A stretch of 63,780 nt of DNA, the filler included, from Pirum gemmata (lineage: Eukaryota): assembly GCA_002812295.1 (NCBI GenBank). It is 27 parts of 27 records of this genome, joined end to end, with 100 filler letters (N's around TTAATTAATTAA, not from the genome) between each part and the next. Parts side by side here need not be neighbours in the genome. Positions count along the whole stretch, not along the records: positions 35,940 to 39,170 come from PDIN01007953.1; positions 39,271 to 41,464 come from PDIN01007954.1; positions 41,565 to 43,762 come from PDIN01007955.1; positions 43,863 to 46,012 come from PDIN01007956.1; positions 46,113 to 48,282 come from PDIN01007957.1; positions 48,383 to 50,531 come from PDIN01007958.1; 21 more parts are not named here. One strand, 5' to 3'. Position 1 is the first letter of the stretch, and each line of letters opens with the position of its first letter. This document shows positions 36,594 through 48,503 of the stretch, piece after piece. The notes under the pieces were generated by a model. That model did not search any database, was not told the origin of the DNA, and was given only the letters and a program-made list of their open reading frames with translations. The position numbers and the translations under genes are program-made.

Positions 36594-37102
36594 ATAGTTC
36601 AAACACACTAGGGAGCGTGCAAATACTATTTCTGGCCAAATACAGCTTCAAATACCCCTATCTACCTACCCCTCGATATTAATTTCTGGTCAAATACCAT
36701 CTGTGACGTATTACCTACCATACGAGACCACCATACCATAGTTTATAGACTGTCATTTATATACTATTTATATTGTGATTTTCATTTATTTTGGCACTCC
36801 TAGTATTTATTTGGTTGTTTATAATATTTAAATTGATACTTTTAAATAAATATATATATGATAAAATATACCAAATTTATTGTTTATTTTTTGACGACAA
36901 AATAACTGAAAAGCACGATAAATAAGGGAACATTTATAAAGAACGTCATTTATTCTTTGATAGAAGTCATTGCTCGAAAGTGTGACTTAAACTGTTTTAG
37001 GCAGTAATTAATATTAATAATTATTTTAAAATGAACTTTAAAANTTAGGTAGATATATATGCATACACACAGGTGACTGTAAAAGCTGTAAATAATTGCT
37101 AT

Positions 37103-37285
37103 AGTGCTTTTCATTTATTTTGTCACTCCGAATATTTATTTGGTTGTTTATAATATTTAAATTGATACTTTTAACTAAATAAATATATAATAAAATATAC
37201 CAAATTAAATTAAATGGGTTTATATTATATTAATTTGGTACTATTTATTGTATATTTTATGGCGACAAAATAACTGAAAAGCACG
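37103..37285. mobile_element. MITE family A full copy (others: 29463-, 37969-38151, 39770-39937, 40988-41169, 48848-49050, 49066-49238)
   Basis: TIRs with AT on both flanks. Confidence 0.92.
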
Positions 37286-37694
37286 ATACTACTAGTAGAG
37301 AGTAGCATTTAATATTATAATAACTAATTTCAACCAACTGATTTTGTGTCTACTTTATATACTACTCTACTACAGGTCTCTTAGGGAGCGTCCAGATAAT
37401 AAGTCACGTCAAGGGGTAGGTAGGTAGGTGCTATTTGACCGGAAATTAAAACGTCGAGGGGTAGGTAGGTAGGAGTATTTAAAGCTGTATTTGACCAGCT
37501 TTTCATTTATTTTGTGAATATTTATTTGGTTGGTTATAATATTTAAATTGACATTTATAAATGAATAAATATATAATAAAATATACCAAATTAAATGAAA
37601 TGGATTTATATGGTATTAATCTGGTACTCTTTATTGTATATTTTATGCTATGGTAGCTGGTCTATCACTTTTATTTTGTAGACGGGGGTCTATT

Positions 37695-37908
37695 AGGAGG
37701 GATGACATCCCCTTTGGCAGAAATTTGGAGATAGGTTACAGATGGCAAAAAATATTACTTAAAGTAGATATTTATATCCTTAAAATAGTAGTTTACTATA
37801 TTAAGTATTACTATTAATAGTTATAAGTTAACTTTTTATAGTAATTTAAGTCAAATTTTCAATTTTTGCCATACGGTATTAGTATTATGACGTCATGTCA
37901 TCCCTCCT
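37695..37908. mobile_element. MITE family C2 (TIR AGGAGGGATGACAT); second copy begins at 63679
   Basis: Inverted termini; flanks ggtctatt/ggtctttt. Confidence 0.85.
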
Positions 37909-38209
37909 GGTCTTTTCCTTTTTAGTCTACAATCCTTTTACAATAATTTATAATATAGTTAGTGCTTTAGTGCTTTTCAGTTGTTTTGTCATCATAAAAT
38001 ATACAATAAATGATACCAAATTAATATAATATAAATCCATTTCATTTAATTTGGTATATTTTATTATATATTTATTTATTTAAAATTATCAATTTAAATA
38101 TTATAAACAACCAAATAAATATTCGGAGTGACAAAATAAATGAAAAGCACTATAGCAATTATTTACAGCTTTTACAGTCACCTGCACCTAAAATAATTTC
38201 TCTTTATTA

Positions 38210-38349
38210 GGGAGCGTTTTTATTAGTGTTTTATTTCCGGTCAAATACAGCTTCAAATACCCCTATCTACCTACCCCTCGACGTTAATTTCTGGTCAAAT
38301 ACCACCTACTTTCTTACCCCTTGATGTGACGTATTATTTGGACGCTCCC
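38210..38349. mobile_element. Tourist-like (PIF/Harbinger) MITE family B, 140 bp; partial copies near 14133, 15796, 35940, 36611, 37384, 43140, 62093
   Basis: TTA|GGGAGCGT ... ACGCTCCC|TTA: 3-bp TTA target-site duplication. Confidence 0.9.
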
Positions 38350-38619
38350 TTACGATATCATATTCATAGAGAAAAAAAAAAAAAAAAAAAAAGTAGCTAG
38401 TAAAAAAAAAAAAGCTTTCTTTCATTACCAGTCTTGCTGACTAGTTAAATTCGCAAACTTTCGCAACCTAGCTAGGTTTCGTAACACACCTCTAGCTACT
38501 AGTAGCTAGCTATGACATCGATTGCGTTACGAAACCTACGTTCCGAAGCTGGTCAGTCAGCGAAACTGGTTGTATTTTTAAAAAATACTTAAAATCGAGC
38601 TGTGTATATTATAATATAA

Positions 38620-38966
38620 ATAGACAAATATGGTTCACACTTCTTCACAGCTAAGGTCGGTGGGTTCACAGATTTATAAGTTTCTTGAAGTCCTTTGGTA
38701 GGGAACATTATCATAAGTATTTTTTTAAAAAATATGTACAAAGGAGAATCCCAAAACACTGAAGAAGTGTGAACCATATTTGTTACAAGTATTTTGGGAT
38801 TCCTTTGTACGTATTACTTTTAAAATGTTCCCTAACAAAGGACTTCAAGAAATTTATAAATCTGTGAACACACTGAACCCACACTGAACCCACCGACCTT
38901 TTAAACTGCTAGCTTAGTAGCTAGGACCTTTACTTAGCTGTGAAGAAGTGTGAATCATATTTGTCT
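38620..38966. repeat. Long inverted repeat (foldback), ~90-bp arms
   Basis: 38620-38709 is the reverse complement of 38824-38966 apart from two insertions in the right arm. Confidence 0.85.
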
Positions 38967-41779
38967 TTTATATAGTTATAGTATTTTACTTATCGATGCG
39001 ATATAAAGAAAGAACACCAAACCCCAAATAGTCTCAAATATTATCGTCATCATAAAATATACAATAAAGAGTATCAAATTAATACAATATAAATCCATTT
39101 CATTTAATTTGGTATATCTTATTATCCATTTAAGTACAAATTTACAGAAAAACATTCAATCGAAAATCTTNNNNNNNNNNNNNNNNNNNNNNNNNNNNNN
39201 NNNNNNNNNNNNNNTTAATTAATTAANNNNNNNNNNNNNNNNNNNNNNNNNNNNNNNNNNNNNNNNNNNNAGTTTATATTGTATTAATTTGGTACTCTTT
39301 TTTGTATATTTTATGATGACAAAACAACTGAAAAGCACGACTAGACCCTAAGCGACTAGCTAGACCCCAGACTCTGGTCTACTAGTCTAGCTAGCTGGAC
39401 CTATCCTAGTAAACCTATGATATTATTTTTCAAGAAAAAAAAAAAAAAAATAGTCACCTTTTTTTTTCTACACGTACAAGACTACACTACAAGTACCGTT
39501 TGCTCGTGCCCCAGCGGGCTGTGGAAAAAAAGAACCTGGAAAAGAAGAAATGAACTTTATATTATTAGTCTGTAGAAAAAGAAATAAAACGAAATAAATA
39601 GACTAACAAGAAACCAACCAATAAAACACTTTACAACGTTTTTTGGGGGTTTATTAATTCAAAAGGTCGACGTCAAGGCTAACTTGGCTAAGTAGACTAC
39701 TAGTCTAGTAGAGCTGCTGAGTAGAGCTGTCTATGATAGCTAGCTAGCTAGATAGCTAGACCCGCTATCGTGCTTTACAGTGTCATACAATAAAAAGTAC
39801 GAAATTAATATAATATAAATCAATTTTATTTAATTTGGTATATTTTATTAGCTATTTATTCATTTAAATAATGTCAATTAAAAGGTTATAATCTACCAAA
39901 TAAATATTCAGAAGGACAAAATAAATGAAAAGCGCAATATGCGTCATATAAATCCATTTCATTTAATTTGGTATATTTTATTATCCATTTATTCATTTAA
40001 CAATGTCAATTAAGCATTTATTCATTTAACAATGTCAATTAAAAAATTATAGCCAACCAAATAAATATTCGGAGCGACAAAATAAATGAAAAGCATCATA
40101 GCCTATAGCTCACACTAGCTAGCTACTAGTCTAGTAGGGAGAAAAGCTGCTGTAGTCTATATATTATTCAGGTCTATTCTATTATTAGCAAAAGAGGTTA
40201 AAAAATAAAAAAAAAAGTCAAGCGGGAGATACAAAGCGGGGCTTGTAGACCTAGCTAGCTAGCTAGGCTTGTAGACAATGGGGAGGGTGAGTTTGGTGAC
40301 TCGGAGTTCTACTTCTACACCTACACTAGCTAGTCTCGGAGTTTTGCCTTGCTAAGCTATCAATTTATAAAATTTTTTAAAATAAAGTTCTTTATGGTTT
40401 ATAATATTTATAATAAATATATGGGCTAGGTCTACTTTAAAATATTGTAAGCTCACAAGGATATTCTAAGCTCATAAGGATATTCTAAGCTCATAAGGAT
40501 ATTCTTGTATAGTTGTGAGTTCTCAGTTGTGGAGATTGAACCCTTTCACTGTAGGCCACAGACTAGAGTCTATGTATGTATCATGATATATAATTATATT
40601 GATTATAATGTAATTATATACAAATATAATAATCGTCTAGTTATATCGATAGTGATATGAAAATAATGTCTAGTAGTAGTATATCATAGTATCATAGCTA
40701 AAGGGGACTGAGGGAGTCTACAGTAAATACTGTCTACCACCACACACAGCACCACTCAACAACACATTATGATAGAAGTTAGAACTGATTTTGTTTTTCT
40801 ATTTATATAGACCCTCTAGTAGCTACTAGAGCCCTTATCAGTGTCATCACAGTTGAGGGGGAGGATACACTTATTTTTTAATTATCAGATGATAAATTAT
40901 GTATCAAAATGATACTGGTCTATCATAAATAATTCATAATGATATTATCATAAAGACCCGGTCTACTAGCTAGTGCTTTTCCTCAGAGTGCTTTTCAGCT
41001 GTTTTGTCATCATAAAATATACAATAAATAGTACCAAATAAATACAATATAAATCCATTTGCTATATTTTGGTATATTCTATTATCTATATATTGATCTC
41101 AAAATGTCAATTTAAAGATTATAGCCCTCCAAATAAATATTTACAGTGACAAAATAAATGAAAAGCATGATACAATGTACCCGGTTAAATAATTATTTTT
41201 ATTAGAGGAGTTTATACAGTAGATACGATTGATACGATACAGCTAGTAGCTAGAGCGACTCCGGCCTCTCTCTATATTGATAGTAGTCTAGCTATCATAC
41301 TACTAGCTAGAGAGTAGAGTGCTACTATCGTGTTTTTCAATAGTGTTGCCCAGTTCAAAAACTGAAATAAACTTACCAAATTATTATTATGGTTAAACTA
41401 TCGGACATGTTTTGATTAATTTGGTATTTTATACTTAATGTTACATTTTATAAAACGGTTCAATNNNNNNNNNNNNNNNNNNNNNNNNNNNNNNNNNNNN
41501 NNNNNNNNTTAATTAATTAANNNNNNNNNNNNNNNNNNNNNNNNNNNNNNNNNNNNNNNNNNNNCGGACTTACAAAAAATTTGAAACAATTTGAGATACT
41601 GTTATGTATAAGTTGCGTCCACCATATAAATTTTTAATTACTTTATTTTTTATTTTTTTTACCACAGTACTTCTAACTTCTATGATACTTAGACTACTAC
41701 CTGGCAGAGAGTCTCCTAGTAAGAGAGTCTAAGAGAGTACTTCTTCTACTACTACCACAACTACTACCACCACCACCAT

Positions 41780-41839
<60 letters not shown>

Positions 41840-41974
41840 TACCACTACTGTATTACCACCATCACCACTACGACTATAGCTACTACTACTACTACTACTA
41901 CTACTGCTATTATACACTAATATCACTATTACTACTTCTACTACTACCACCACTACTATCATATTACTATCATA

Positions 41975-42041
<67 letters not shown>

Positions 42042-42444
42042 GCTGCTGCTACCACCACCACTACTACTACCACTATTACACTACTACTACCACTATTACA
42101 CTACTATTACCACTACCTTTACGGTGATAGCTCTGTGGTCTACTACTACTACTACTGCTATTATACCACCACCACTACTACTACCACTATTATACTACTG
42201 CTACCACTATTACACTACTATTACCACTACCTTTACGGTGATAGCTCTGTGGTCTAATTAAATATATGTATCATAATTCTCTTTGTATGCATTCGTGCTA
42301 GTGCTACAATAATTACTACTAGCTACTACTACTACCACCACTACCACTACCACCACTACTACCCCCACTACTACTACTACTACTACCACCACCACCACTA
42401 CTACTACTACTACTACGTACTACCCACTACTACTACGTACTACG

Positions 42445-42480
<36 letters not shown>

Positions 42481-42916
42481 CATGACATAATACTATTGAT
42501 ACTACCAGTGGAAAAAACTGCTCATAACGTCACATATAAGATACAAAAACTGTACAAAAACTAGACTACGATATTGATACTACATAATGTCTTTATTTAG
42601 ACTTAGTTCCAGAGTTTGTAAATAAATTGTAACTATAGGTAACTACCAGACTACACTGAGTACTAAAAACTATATGATCATGATAATCGAATATAGTCTA
42701 TATAAAGAGAAGAAATTTTAGCTGGGCCAATCCAGTCTCCTGTAGCAGACTCTCACAGTCTCACTGGTCCAATCCTTGCCCCCCGTCTTAATTTTACTAT
42801 TTTTGGCATTTATAAAAAAAAAATAAAAAAATAAAAAAAAAAATCAGTGAAAAATTACAGAAAAAATCTATAAAAAAAAATAAAAAAAAAAATCACTGAA
42901 AAATTACAGAAAAAAT

Positions 42917-43113
42917 AGTAGGGGTGAGATGACGTCATTCTATTACTATTAATGTTAATATTGTTACTTTTATTGGTATCTACTATAACTAGATTTACTA
43001 TTTTAAGCTATTTAACTGCTATTTTTAGTAAGAAACACGGAACTAAGGTTGGCTCGATAAGCATCTGTTCGAAAAAAGTTCCAGTAGATATCTCACCCCT
43101 GGGTCCCCCTACT
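42917..43113. mobile_element. MITE family C copy with perfect flanking duplication gaaaaaat
   Basis: 42909-42916 equals 43114-43121; an empty-site paralog acagaaaaaatcta lies at ~42857. Confidence 0.92.
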
Positions 43114-43909
43114 GAAAAAATCTAGCAGAAAAAATACTGTTTTTAGCTTTTATAAAGTTCAAATAAGACGTCACGTCAAGGGGTAGGTAGGTAGGCGGTA
43201 TTTGACCGGAAATTAACGTCAAGGGGTAGGTAGGTAGGCGGTATTTGNTGACCTGAAATTAACGTCAAGGGGTAGGTAGGTAGGCGGTATTTGACCTGAA
43301 ATTAACGTCAAGGGGTAGGTAGGTAGGGGTATTTGAAGCAGTACTTGACCGGAAATAGATATGATCAAATGGGAAATAATATGCAAGTTATATAATGATA
43401 ATAATAGTTATAATAATACAAAAACAAAACCAAAAACAAAACCAAAACCAAAACCAAAACCAAAAACCAAAACTAACAAATTCAGACAAATTCCATTTAT
43501 TTTCGAGTGGGAGAAAATTTCTTTTTATTATTATTAAAATATTATTATTAGTCTTATTAATATTATTTATTGTCGTTATTGTTGTTTAAATAACAGTTAT
43601 TTAAATAACAATAACACTATTAATACGTTTTGTTCTTGTTACTTATTTTGTTAAAACAATAGAAAGCAATTAGCAAATACTTACACTTAACAAAAACAAA
43701 AACAAAAACAAAAACAAAAACAAAAACAAAAACAAAAACAAACACAAACACAAACACAAAAANNNNNNNNNNNNNNNNNNNNNNNNNNNNNNNNNNNNNN
43801 NNNNNNTTAATTAATTAANNNNNNNNNNNNNNNNNNNNNNNNNNNNNNNNNNNNNNNNNNNNATAATAATAATGATGATGATAATGATGATGATTATGAT
43901 GATAATAAT

Positions 43910-44965
43910 ATGGTTCACGGTTTCGGCTTGTCGATTGATACTAGGGATAATTATTGTATCACTTTACCTGAATTATTTGATGATGATTTAAAAAAAAATG
44001 ATCAGAAAAATAACAAAAATTCTAAAAGAAAAGCATCTGTTGTTTCTATTCTAAGTGCTGGAGTACAAGATTTTTTTTACACTAACAAGAAAAACAACAA
44101 CAACAACAACAACAATAATAATGGTATATCTTGCTATGTTTTTGGTGTTCATGGTATAGGTAGTGCTGTTTTGTACAGTTTACTTTCATTTTTGGTAGCC
44201 TTCTTAATACACAGGTACTTGTTTGAGTTTGAGAATAATAATAGTGTGAGTTTAAAAGAGATTACCATTGTAATGTTGTTGCCAGCCTTTGTTTTCTCTT
44301 TTTGGATTTTTCTTTGCCATGGTGCCATAAGTCTTGGACATTTTTTAAAAAAGAAAACATTGCACAGACCCACCATTTTTACGGGTAACCTCCAACAAAA
44401 TAGTATTGTTGATAATAATAATGATAATAATAATAATATATATAATAATATTAATAATAATGATAATAATAATAATGCTATTGGTACGAGGTATAAAGTT
44501 AAGAATAACCCAACAAAACCCACGTGCTCATTAATAAGGAAACTATTTTTCAGTTGTCAAAGATTGTTTTTTGATTCTCGTCGTGGTTGCCATTTTTTTG
44601 ATTTTCTTTGCGCAGTTGGTTATTCTTTCACAGGAGGTTTATTTATAGTTTTGATTTGTCATTTACCTATTTACGGCATTGTAATGTTATTGACTAAGAC
44701 ATTGCCACTAAGTTGGACTAAAATCGGTTGGTATTCTTTTTTTACTATTTTTTCATTCATTTGTTATTTTGTTATTGGTAGTACAGTGGCTTTTTTGGCC
44801 TTTAACTCTAGTGAAGCAAAATTAGCTCGTCTACAAAAACACATTGAAAATAGTAACGATAGAACAGTAGATAGAAATAACGTTGTTTACGGTTTAGCTA
44901 CCCGGTACACTTTTAAAGGGAAAGTAAAGAAAGATCGCAGAGAATTGAATTCTTATGTAATCTGA
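43910..44965 (+). CDS. Multi-pass membrane protein (~4 TM helices, poly-Asn loops), possibly 5' truncated
   Basis: 351-aa ORF with paired hydrophobic segments. Confidence 0.85.
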   Translation: MVHGFGLSIDTRDNYCITLPELFDDDLKKNDQKNNKNSKRKASVVSILSAGVQDFFYTNKKNNNNNNNNNNGISCYVFGVHGIGSAVLYSLLSFLVAFLIHRYLFEFENNNSVSLKEITIVMLLPAFVFSFWIFLCHGAISLGHFLKKKTLHRPTIFTGNLQQNSIVDNNNDNNNNIYNNINNNDNNNNAIGTRYKVKNNPTKPTCSLIRKLFFSCQRLFFDSRRGCHFFDFLCAVGYSFTGGLFIVLICHLPIYGIVMLLTKTLPLSWTKIGWYSFFTIFSFICYFVIGSTVAFLAFNSSEAKLARLQKHIENSNDRTVDRNNVVYGLATRYTFKGKVKKDRRELNSYVI

Positions 44966-45140
44966 ATATTTTTCTTTTTGGTTGTAATTGTTTATTTAAA
45001 ATTGCATACAACATATTAATTTTTTTCAAAAATAAAAAATAATCTTCAGTAAATTATTATTCGGGACAAAAATGTTTTATTATTAAAGTGTTTTAAAAAT
45101 AATGATTATTATTTAAATATTTATCTGCACGTATATTATA

Positions 45141-45910
45141 TATGATCTATTTTCCATTCTGTATATACATTATGTTTCAAGTTTTACTCACTCTAGGAGG
45201 TTCACACTATCTGGTCTACCCTCCTTCTACCCACGTGCACCTGGCTGCGATGTTTTCACTTTCCCTTAATACATTAGAGTAGGTTCTATGATTCATAAGA
45301 TTAGAGCTCCTTATGCGCTCGGTTATTTGGGCAATGCTTAGATGTGTGTTTGAAGGTAGAATTTAGTTTTATGTATTAATAAAATATCATTATGGTGAGA
45401 TCGCGGTCTCTTGATTAGCAACCAATTCATTCAACGAAGCCTCAAATCCCGCTGATAAAGTCAGGGAGACGTAGGTAAAAGAATGGGTAAACTTCCTAGG
45501 CCTTTTAATAAACAAACAATTATATTATATAAAAAGAATTAAGCACAAACAATTAAGTGTAATCACTCTCATCACATGACACATTGATATTATATTGATC
45601 TGAGGAGTAATATTTTAATTAAAAAAGGGTAAATGCCGTCTCGTTAGGTTTGGATAGTGTGAACCTCATATTAGTGAGTAAAACTTGAAACATATATCGT
45701 CTATTTCATTACAGTTGTATCTTTAATTTGGTACTTTTTAAGGGTATAATTGAACTGTTTTATAAAATGAAACATTAAATATAAAATACCAGATTAATCA
45801 AAACATGTCCAATAGTTTAACCATAATAACAATTTGGTAAGTTTATTTCAGTTTTTGAACTGGACAACACTATTGAAAAACACGATACATACAGAATGAA
45901 AAATATCATA
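45141..45910. mobile_element. TIR element (~70-bp imperfect TIR) whose right TIR is split by a family-A-related MITE (45698-45884)
   Basis: tatgtttcaagttttactcact..gaggttcacactatc pairs with 45652-45694; the remainder atacagaatgaaaaatatcata resumes after the AT-flanked insertion. Confidence 0.8.
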
Positions 45911-46222
45911 AATACTAGGTAAAAAACTAGTTTGGGAGTTATTAGTTATTAGTTATTAGTTATTAGTTATTAGTTATTAGTTATTAATATTAGTTATTAG
46001 TTATTAGTTATTNNNNNNNNNNNNNNNNNNNNNNNNNNNNNNNNNNNNNNNNNNNNTTAATTAATTAANNNNNNNNNNNNNNNNNNNNNNNNNNNNNNNN
46101 NNNNNNNNNNNNATAATAATAATAATAATAATAATAAAATAATATACGCTCGTAACGAATAGTTTACAGCTAGCTATAGTTTACTAATAATTAATAGTAA
46201 CAATAGTAACAATAATAAGAAA

Positions 46223-46819
46223 ATGAATGTCCCAAAAATCACTTGCACAAAAAAAAATTCGCTTGACAGTACAGAAAGTACAGCACTAGTGTATTGCAAA
46301 AACAATATGAGTAATAATAACATTAACAATAACAATGACCAAGACAATAGAAGCATTCCTGATCCTAACAGTCCATATTATTCCAACAATATAAACCCTA
46401 GAACGTCTAGCACAATATTGAAGCAGAAACTAAGCAGCAATAACAATAATAATACTATTGCACCAAATATTTCATTATCCTACCAACGAATGGCTAACAC
46501 TCAAGTTTCGAATCAAAATGTAAATAGTACTAGTACTAATTCTAGTTATTCTAATCACCATATCTATTCACCTTCTGTACTAAGCAAAGAACCTATCGTT
46601 ACTACCTGCCCTCATTGCAAAAAAGTTCAAGTTACAATAATCAGAAAGAAAAAGGGAAAATCCACTTGGTTAATCACAGCGGTATATAGTTTGTTTTGCT
46701 GTTGTTGTATACCCTTACGCTCAGGCAAATATGACGATACCATTCACAACTGCTCTTGTTGCTACAAAGAAATAGGCACCAAAAAAAAAATTTTAGTTCC
46801 TTTTAATAAAGCTTCTTAG
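46223..46819 (+). CDS. LITAF-like zinc-ribbon domain protein
   Basis: PIVTTCPHC...GKSTWL...CCCIP...DTIHNCSCCYKEIG matches the LITAF CxxC-hydrophobic-HxCxxC pattern. Confidence 0.9.
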   Translation: MNVPKITCTKKNSLDSTESTALVYCKNNMSNNNINNNNDQDNRSIPDPNSPYYSNNINPRTSSTILKQKLSSNNNNNTIAPNISLSYQRMANTQVSNQNVNSTSTNSSYSNHHIYSPSVLSKEPIVTTCPHCKKVQVTIIRKKKGKSTWLITAVYSLFCCCCIPLRSGKYDDTIHNCSCCYKEIGTKKKILVPFNKAS

Positions 46820-46855
46820 AAGCTTATATACATTATTATTATATGTACATACCCG

Positions 46856-47162
46856 GAAGGTTTAGCGCTCATTTTTTTGAATAGCTAAGTATGAAAAGAT
46901 GGATGTTGCCTGCGTGTGTTAAACCTTTTACTATTTATACGGATCATAAACCATTGCTTGGTATGTGGAACACTTAAGATAGTAATAGTGCTGGTGATTC
47001 TGTAAAAGTATATTTTTAAGTTAGAATATGTACCAGGTAAATTTAACTATCATACTGACTCTCAATGTAGAATGGCTAGCGAAATAAGTCAGTGGTTACA
47101 GCTTGTTGATAATTATTATACAAAGGAAGGAGATATTCATTTACGTGCAATGGTACCAGCGG
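46856..47162 (+). pseudogene. Ty3/gypsy pol remnant (RNase H region)
   Basis: EGLAL, KPFTIYTDHKPLLG, FKLEYVPGKFNYHTDSQCR with frameshifts and stops. Confidence 0.85.
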
Positions 47163-47192
47163 ATAATAATAATAATAATAGTAATAATAATA

Positions 47193-47223
<31 letters not shown>

Positions 47224-47224
47224 A

Positions 47225-48132
47225 CCTCATCAGTGTTTTCTTTTTCACTACTTTCTGAAGGAGAAGAACTCTCTTCTTCGCTATAACCTTCACTAATTTC
47301 CATCTTCACCTCTTCATCTTCACTACCAGAACAAAATTGACTATAATCCATATCTATTAAAGACTTTTTCTTTTTACCTTTTGGTTTGGGTTTTGCTCCA
47401 TAACCTTTTTTCGCAACGCTCATTTTAGTTTGGGAATTTTTGGAAGACGGTGGTGTTTTCTTTTTAGATTTCAAAACAGACTTATTTTTCGGTGTAACTG
47501 TAGCCGTAGTTTTGTTATTTATAGACCCTTTTCTACTACTTGGTGGAGTTTTTTTAGATTTTGAGGGAGTAGATTTTGTCAAAGAATTTTTTTTAGTTTT
47601 TGTTAGAGGAGTTTTTTTCGTTTTTGTTAGAGGGGTTTTTTTAGTTTTTGTGGGTGTTTTGGTCGAGTCTTTAATTTTAACACTACTGCTGTTACTATTA
47701 TCTATACGCTTCGTGCTGTTATTTTTTGAAGTTTGAGCTTCATTGGATAGAAAACTCGGAGACTTTCGATTTCTTTTACCAGTGGGCGAACTGGTATCAA
47801 CTATATCAATAACTAAATTCTTAAGAGGCAGACTTGTCACCTTTTTTATCTTTTCGCTTTTGGTTTTAGAACCAATAAAAGGTGTGCTACTTTTTCTCTC
47901 TCGTTTACCAGTGGGTATTTCATTATCTACAATATCCAATGTTAAATCTAGACATTTTCCAAGTTTACGAGGGTTAGTTGAAGGTAAGGAAAACCTTCTT
48001 TTTTTACTTTGAGGCGAAGATTTAGACGCACTACTATTACTGTTACTAGAATTTTTTTGGAAAGAAGAAGAAGAAAAGTTGAAGTCACGTTTTTTTGGTG
48101 GCCTTCCTCTTTTCTTAGGAAGTTTTATATCG

Positions 48133-48196
<64 letters not shown>

Positions 48197-48281
48197 CAAC
48201 GAATGTAGAATTTTTTTGGAAAGAAGAAGAAAAGTTGAAGTCAAGTTTTTTTGGTGGCCTTTCTCTTTTCTTAGGAAGTTT
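47225..48281 (-). CDS. Lys/Ser/Thr-rich nuclear protein exon with AT-hook (KRGRPPK) and acidic end; 5' truncated
   Basis: Frame is open from the contig edge through the ORF-track 47939 segment; duplicated KLPKKR(G/E)RPPKK motif; possible donor GAG|gtttat near 47225. Confidence 0.7.
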
Positions 48282-48460
48282 TNNNNNNNNNNNNNNNNNN
48301 NNNNNNNNNNNNNNNNNNNNNNNNNNTTAATTAATTAANNNNNNNNNNNNNNNNNNNNNNNNNNNNNNNNNNNNNNNNNNNNACTACTACTACTACTATT
48401 ATTATTACTACTACTACTACTGCTGCTGCTGCTACTACTGCTGCTACTACCACTACTACC

Positions 48461-48503
<43 letters not shown>

